Shown here: piece after piece, positions 58,165-64,000 of the stretch | How positions within the stretch are numbered: position 1 is the first letter of the stretch | Layout of the letters: each line of letters opens with the position of its first letter | From: Sporopachydermia quercuum | Lineage: Eukaryota | DNA length: 64,000 nt | Assembly (NCBI GenBank): GCA_001599295.1 | Contig: BCGN01000001.1 | Coordinates: 1,240,001-1,304,000 of the forward strand | Direction: 5' to 3' | Notes under the pieces: generated by a model | Databases searched by the model: none | What the model was told of the DNA's origin: nothing | Seen by the model: the letters and a program-made list of their open reading frames with translations, nothing else | Position numbers and translations under genes: made by a program

Positions 58165-61100
58165 TCCCGAAAGGCTTTGAGTAAACGGGTTTGAAAATCT
58201 GATAATTCAGCAAAATGTTAAACAGATGTCAATTATAAGGTTATTTCATCACTAGATCTCTGTTATAGTATGAATGAGTAGAAGCTGGAATAAGTATAGG
58301 GATGAAAGACAAGAAAACAGATGGAAATGGCTTGTATTTATATATATATTTGATAGGACACAACTGGAACCTTTTATATAATGATCTTTCCTGCTACATT
58401 TGATATTCAATCAATTTTCTTGGGACAACAATAAGATTGTTCTTAAGATTTTGTCAACTACATCTTCTTACTGGTTTATTTGAGATGTCATTTAGACAGA
58501 ACTAAAATGAGTACCTATAATTCAGAATCGAAACTTTAACTTTGTTTTCCATAAAACACTTAAAGTTTGCGCAATCTTAATTTCAAACTGAATTTCCGAG
58601 TTATTGAAACTTTAAAAGCCACAAAATGAACTATGGCACTTGCTGTCTTCGGAACAAGTTGTGGCTTAGGCGGTTTTATCAGTCAATTCCCCATTCCCAG
58701 AGGAGTTTAACTAGTCATTGCCAGTAAAGCAGATTGTATTTTATAATTAATATTAAGCAAGCAATTGAATGAAGTAATAAAGAAAGTTATAATTGAACAA
58801 GAATAGATCTTGGATTATGACGGGCGGTTTTCAAACTTGTAGTAGAGGAACAGGAAATAGCAGAAACCAGTATCAGTCCAATGAAAGAGCAAGTAAACGG
58901 CTCGCACGCACATTCGAATAAGATACAACTGATATCAGTTGTAGCATCTGGGACATTCCTTAAGTTAATTCCGAAGGAACCACAGTTACCATATTAGGAT
59001 TATTAGAACCCTTTAATGAGCAATATTTTTTCTCATACAGTACTTTCGTTTCCTATGAGTGATTCAGGTTTTATAGCTTACCAGAAATTATCAAACCGAT
59101 GACCAGCATTGTTAGAAATTCAAGTGAGGTATCATTGGGAAGGAATAACTCGGAAACATTAAAGAAAAATTAATAGAATATAAGATAAAGAATAAACTAT
59201 TTTCCATATAATCAAAGGCTAGACACTGTCAAGTATTAGTAATAGATATCTATTTGCTCGTTATAAAGGAATGACCTGTTTGATACAATCAATAAAAATA
59301 GCTGGGATAATTCGAGTTATGTTCAAATGGTTAAGGAAGTTTTCGGGTTTTTGAATTTGGATTTACTGCTAACCCCCTTTTGGATATTTATCAAACTTTT
59401 ATTATATAGAACTGTATTATCGGATTACTTTGATAATCAAACGAATTGTTCTTTGAATAGCATACTCTGTTTGACTTAATCTACATACTACGATGAATAG
59501 ATCATAGAGGCAATATGACTTTGATTCATCATAAGTGTCTACGAATTTTGAACCTGATCCAATCAAATTCAAATCAAGCCAAATGAATATCACTTGAATT
59601 CAGGATCTACCTACTTTCAGCAATCATCACCGAAACAAGCCAATTCGATAACCGTGTATTAATTCCAATCTTCTGTTCGTTCTAACGTTTCATTTACATC
59701 TATCAACCCGTTCTGAAGTCACAGGTCTCGGAAAGATCAGGACTGTTAACAGTTCAATTTCCTATTCAGTATAGCAAAAATGACTACGCCACATTTAAGG
59801 TAAACGATCCTGCAAGAATACGTAAGATCTTAGTTTAATTTTCTAAATTAGATTATACTTTGACTAATAGACCACAATTGTACCTTTCAAAAGTTAAGGT
59901 TTAGTATTTTAAAGTTCTGGAACAATGCTTTCTACCGAAGAAGTATGTTTCTCCGAAGAGGTGAAGGAAGCGAAGCATTCAGCACAACATCTCGTCAACC
60001 AGGGAGATTCAAGTTTTCTTGGTTAGTATTCAGTTAGATAGTGAGCTGGTCACTGAATGATATTGCGTATGGATAGATTTGATTCTTTGATAGAAGGTTG
60101 TTCATATAGAAGGAAGAACTAAAATAATACAAAGTAAGTGATAAGAATCCCCTGAGATGAGTTGCTCTCCTTGCCTCAATTGATCTTACATTCCTATGAT
60201 AGATAATATAGGAGTTGAAACGGACGTCTCTTAGACTCCATTATTCTAACGGTTGCATCTTCCTATCTAACTGTAAAGGCTACAAACAAAAAGGGTTATG
60301 TGAATAAGTAGGCGAACTAGGTGATGTTAACGTGGGGGAAAAACAATCAAGGATGTTCTACTATGAAAGAGTGAGATTTATTATTGATTATCAATCAACT
60401 TGACTATTCAAGTTTTCGTTGGTTCATCCTTTTGTTCAGTTTTCTTGGTTCAATTTCAAGGGAAAACAGTAGAAAAAAACTACGTATTTGTTCTGAATTA
60501 CTCGGCTGAAAATCCATGAAGAAAAAAGCACCTATCCTCTTAATCAATTTTGATGCTAGCAGCTCTTCTACAGAAAGTAAAGACAAAAGATAATCGAACC
60601 TCCTTAACATCAAAATTGCATACTGTACATAAGCATTATTCAAAAAATCATATAATGGATTACCTGCTATTCTATAATTACAAATTCAATCGAACGAACA
60701 GCCAATCATATGCGCAGCAGGTAACATCTGATTGTGGCCACCTCAAAAACCCCAAGATGCTCACTTCATTCAGTTTTCAGTCAGTTAGAAGTCTCAGTCT
60801 CAAATATTTCCTATTCCTACTCTCATAGCTGCTTTACTCCAGCAGAGATACCATATATAATCATAAATGAAGTAATAAAACTAAAATAATCATTATTTGT
60901 TATTTTGTATTTCATCGTTAAGTGTTTAATGTGTCAAGTAACTACATACGAAAGCACGTTCTCTAGCAAACACATTACAAGAAGTACCTTACATATTGAC
61001 CTCTAGGAACTTATATTTCAACCTAGACAAATGAATCAGTAATACTACATTAGCTGGTTCATTCATTTGACTATCAAATCTCTGAAAACTGAAAAAACAG

Positions 61101-61222
61101 CTACCCGTAAGTTTTTAATTACAAGTGCTCAATAAAACTTTTGTTCATTCTTTTCATTTATACAAATCACGCAGGAACTTTCTCAGTATATCCAACACTT
61201 CTTCAATTCGCCTAACCTTGCC

Positions 61223-63379
61223 TCAGCTTGCCTCAACAGCAATAATTGGGAATAATGTATCACCATCAACAGATTCACCTCTACTATCTTCTTTACTGTT
61301 TCCTTTAACAATAGTATTTGTTACTAGTTTCTCCTTTTCCAACTTTTCACCTTTTACTACTTTCTCAATCTCATCTTTAGTTAAAGTCTCATATTCTAAC
61401 AATCCACGAGCTAAACGTTGTAATTCTAAGGATTTACTTCTCAGTAAATTCTGGGTACGTTCTTCTGATGCAACAAGCATCTCCCGTACTTCTTGATCAG
61501 CAGAATCTCGTATCTTTGGACTCCAGGATTCCCATTCATCAGACAGTCTTACTGGCCCAATCTTCTCAGACATACCATACTGAGTAACCATAGCTCTTGC
61601 GGTTTGGGTGGCAGATTGCAAATCTGATCCGCACCCAGATGTTGTATTTTCCTTCCCATAGGCGATTTCTTCGGCAACTTTACCACCCATGCAAACATCT
61701 AAACGGGCCAAGCACTCTCTCTTAGTTATATCGATTTTATCCATCTCTGGTAACTGAAAAGTTACACCAAGGGCTCTACCACGAGGTAGAATTGTTGCTT
61801 TATATAAAGATGTAGCTCCAGGGGTATACATTGCCATAATAGCATGGCCAGCTTCATGGTAAGCAGTAGATATTCTTGATGCTTCTGTCATCACCATAGA
61901 TTTTCTTGCCGCACCCAGAAGGATTTTATCTTTAGCCCATTCGAAATGAGACATATCAACAGCCAAAGCATTTTGTTGTGAAGCATGAATTGCTGCCTCG
62001 TTCACCAAATTCATTAATTCTGCGCCGGACATTCCTGGGGTACCTCTAGCAATAACTGTTGGGTCAACATCAGCTGCACATTCAACGTTCTTCATATGAT
62101 GCTTCAAAATATCAGATCGGCCTCTGACATCAGGTAAATCTACATTAACAATCTTATCAAATCTTCCTGGACGGGTTAATGCTTTATCTAGAGATTCAGG
62201 GAAATTTGTTGCGCCAATAATAATGATACCTTCAGTTTGAGAGAAACCATCTAACTCAACTAGTAATTGGTTTAACGTTTGTTTAGCATATGCTTGATCT
62301 CTAGGATTTCTCTTACCTCCAATAGCATCTAACTCATCAATGAATACAATGGCGGGTGATTTGGCTCTGGCAGCAGCAAATAGTTCTCGCACTCTTTTTG
62401 CACCAACACCAACATACAATTCATCAAATTCGGATCCTGACATGAAGAAGAAAGGAACTCCTGCTTCACCAGCGGTAGCTCTTGCTAATAATGTTTTACC
62501 AGTACCTGGTGGACCTGTGAGTAAGACTCCTTTTGGCAATTTACCACCTAAACCTGTGAATTTAGTAGGATCGCGTAAAAATTCTACAATTTCTTCTAAT
62601 TCAGCTCTTGCTTCATCAACACCATGAACATCGGAAAATCTAACGTCAGACTGAGCCATGTCAGCATCTTTAGCTCTCGTAGAATCTCCTCTTCCAAGAA
62701 TCGAACCGGAATCTGAAAGAAACTCGGCACCGGTTCTGATGGCATAACCAATAGCAATTACAGGGATCAAAAATCGCAGTAACTTGGTGAACAATGTAAG
62801 ATAAGACTCAGTGACAACAACGTGAAGAGGTTCAGCTTTGGTGCCTGAACCATAACCCATTGACCCAATGCCAAAATTTCCTTGATTGAATCTTGCCTGT
62901 CTTGTATTGGCCTCTGTATTGTAATTATTTCCACCGTTATTTCTTAAGGACTCATTGACAGCTGCTGCTTTACTGTGTTGCCCTATACGTTCTAACGCTA
63001 AAGCATACAACATAGCACATTCTTCATTAGAAGAAATTCCTGGGGTTTCAAATCTGGAAACAACAATATGAGGATAGTTTGCTTCTAACAATAGTTTATA
63101 GAAATCCGCTTGAATACCAGGATTCACTAATTCTCTGTTAGCAACCCGTTCTTTAGCTGCAAGTACTTCGTTATTGATATTTGACCCATTTCCTAATGGA
63201 GAGACCTCTGAAGCGAGCTTTGATTGTGATGTCGACGAAAATAACCGAATAGAAGGTGATTGGAGTCCACGAGATAATCCTGATTTGATTATAAGGGTTG
63301 CTGACGGTATTGATGCTCGTAATAGCAAGTTGTTACCATTCCTAAGTACCCTACCTTGTTTCAAACATCTGGACAGCAT
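61223..63379 (-). CDS. YME1: Mitochondrial i-AAA protease
   Basis: Walker A GPPGTGKT, Walker B VFIDELD, SRH TRPGRFD, M41 zinc motif HEAGH and YAKQTLNQLLVELDGF. Confidence 0.97.
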   Translation of the reverse strand: MLSRCLKQGRVLRNGNNLLLRASIPSATLIIKSGLSRGLQSPSIRLFSSTSQSKLASEVSPLGNGSNINNEVLAAKERVANRELVNPGIQADFYKLLLEANYPHIVVSRFETPGISSNEECAMLYALALERIGQHSKAAAVNESLRNNGGNNYNTEANTRQARFNQGNFGIGSMGYGSGTKAEPLHVVVTESYLTLFTKLLRFLIPVIAIGYAIRTGAEFLSDSGSILGRGDSTRAKDADMAQSDVRFSDVHGVDEARAELEEIVEFLRDPTKFTGLGGKLPKGVLLTGPPGTGKTLLARATAGEAGVPFFFMSGSEFDELYVGVGAKRVRELFAAARAKSPAIVFIDELDAIGGKRNPRDQAYAKQTLNQLLVELDGFSQTEGIIIIGATNFPESLDKALTRPGRFDKIVNVDLPDVRGRSDILKHHMKNVECAADVDPTVIARGTPGMSGAELMNLVNEAAIHASQQNALAVDMSHFEWAKDKILLGAARKSMVMTEASRISTAYHEAGHAIMAMYTPGATSLYKATILPRGRALGVTFQLPEMDKIDITKRECLARLDVCMGGKVAEEIAYGKENTTSGCGSDLQSATQTARAMVTQYGMSEKIGPVRLSDEWESWSPKIRDSADQEVREMLVASEERTQNLLRSKSLELQRLARGLLEYETLTKDEIEKVVKGEKLEKEKLVTNTIVKGNSKEDSRGESVDGDTLFPIIAVEAS

Positions 63380-64000
63380 TTTTGATCAAAAACATAAAGC
63401 TCCTCCTTCTTTTGCGTTGTGTTCAAGTGAATGAATAAATAATGCAATCTGACAAAAACAATTATGGTCTAGAATGTCTTGTTTGTTGCTATTTTCAAAG
63501 TGTTCCCTGTAAGAAATACTATCCTGTTGAGATGTAATACTCAGTGATTTTTATGGGAGTAACTGATTAGTGCGATTGATTAAATATAATAACTTTTTTC
63601 TATGAATGAACTATCACCGCTTTTGTTGAACTACTACTACAACAACAACCTCTACTTCTTCTTAACGCATAATAAAATGGTTTATATTGGTTGTCAAACA
63701 GCTCAACGAGCGAGCTATAAATGGATAATTCAATAGATAGACCCTTTGGTAGATAAATAGATAGGAATGAGTAAATTGGTGATAAGAATGGAGAGAGAAA
63801 GGAAGGCAAGGATGGAAGATCAGTTGAGAAAATAAGACCCTTCCACGGAAGCTTAGGGACTGATAATTTAGAAATTTGCCTTCGAAGCGTGACATAGTAA
63901 GTCATGAATAACGGACAAACGTGTCACATTATTATATGAATATTTTATAGTCACGTGGGCCAGAGGAGCTTATGATAGCTTTAGACCCCCAAAGTCGTGC

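Noticed and set aside
58165..61222. AOD2/AOD5-type CGG-N7-CGG element upstream of AOX
   Set aside because: I found no correctly spaced match by eye.

Overview
AT-rich, intron-poor fungal DNA that looks like a budding yeast using the standard genetic code (a conserved Leu is encoded by CTG). The left 27 kb holds the main result: a physically clustered D-xylose assimilation system of six consecutive genes with no unrelated gene between them. It comprises two tandem XUT1-like sugar porters, xylose reductase (XYL1), xylitol dehydrogenase (XYL2), xylulokinase (XKS1/XYL3) and an XlnR/Xyr1-type Zn2Cys6 activator. The xylose reductase has naturally replaced the NADPH 2'-phosphate-binding motif (IPKSN...R is now NPMST...Y), which suggests an NADH-shifted, redox-balanced pathway. 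Cluster promoters carry Mig1/CreA-type arrays and repeated CGG-N2-TAAW motifs. Next come a divergent GABA-aminotransferase-like gene and a DUR3-like transporter. From about 38 kb there is a denser, mostly housekeeping block: TIF5, EMC2-like, TIP41, ERV2, STE18 (spliced), a TMEM14-like gene (spliced), a GPI cell-wall protein, GLO3 (spliced), BNA4, a thioesterase, AOX and YME1. I recognised no tRNA, rRNA or transposon. All family calls rest on motif recognition and remembered reference sequences, not on database searches.
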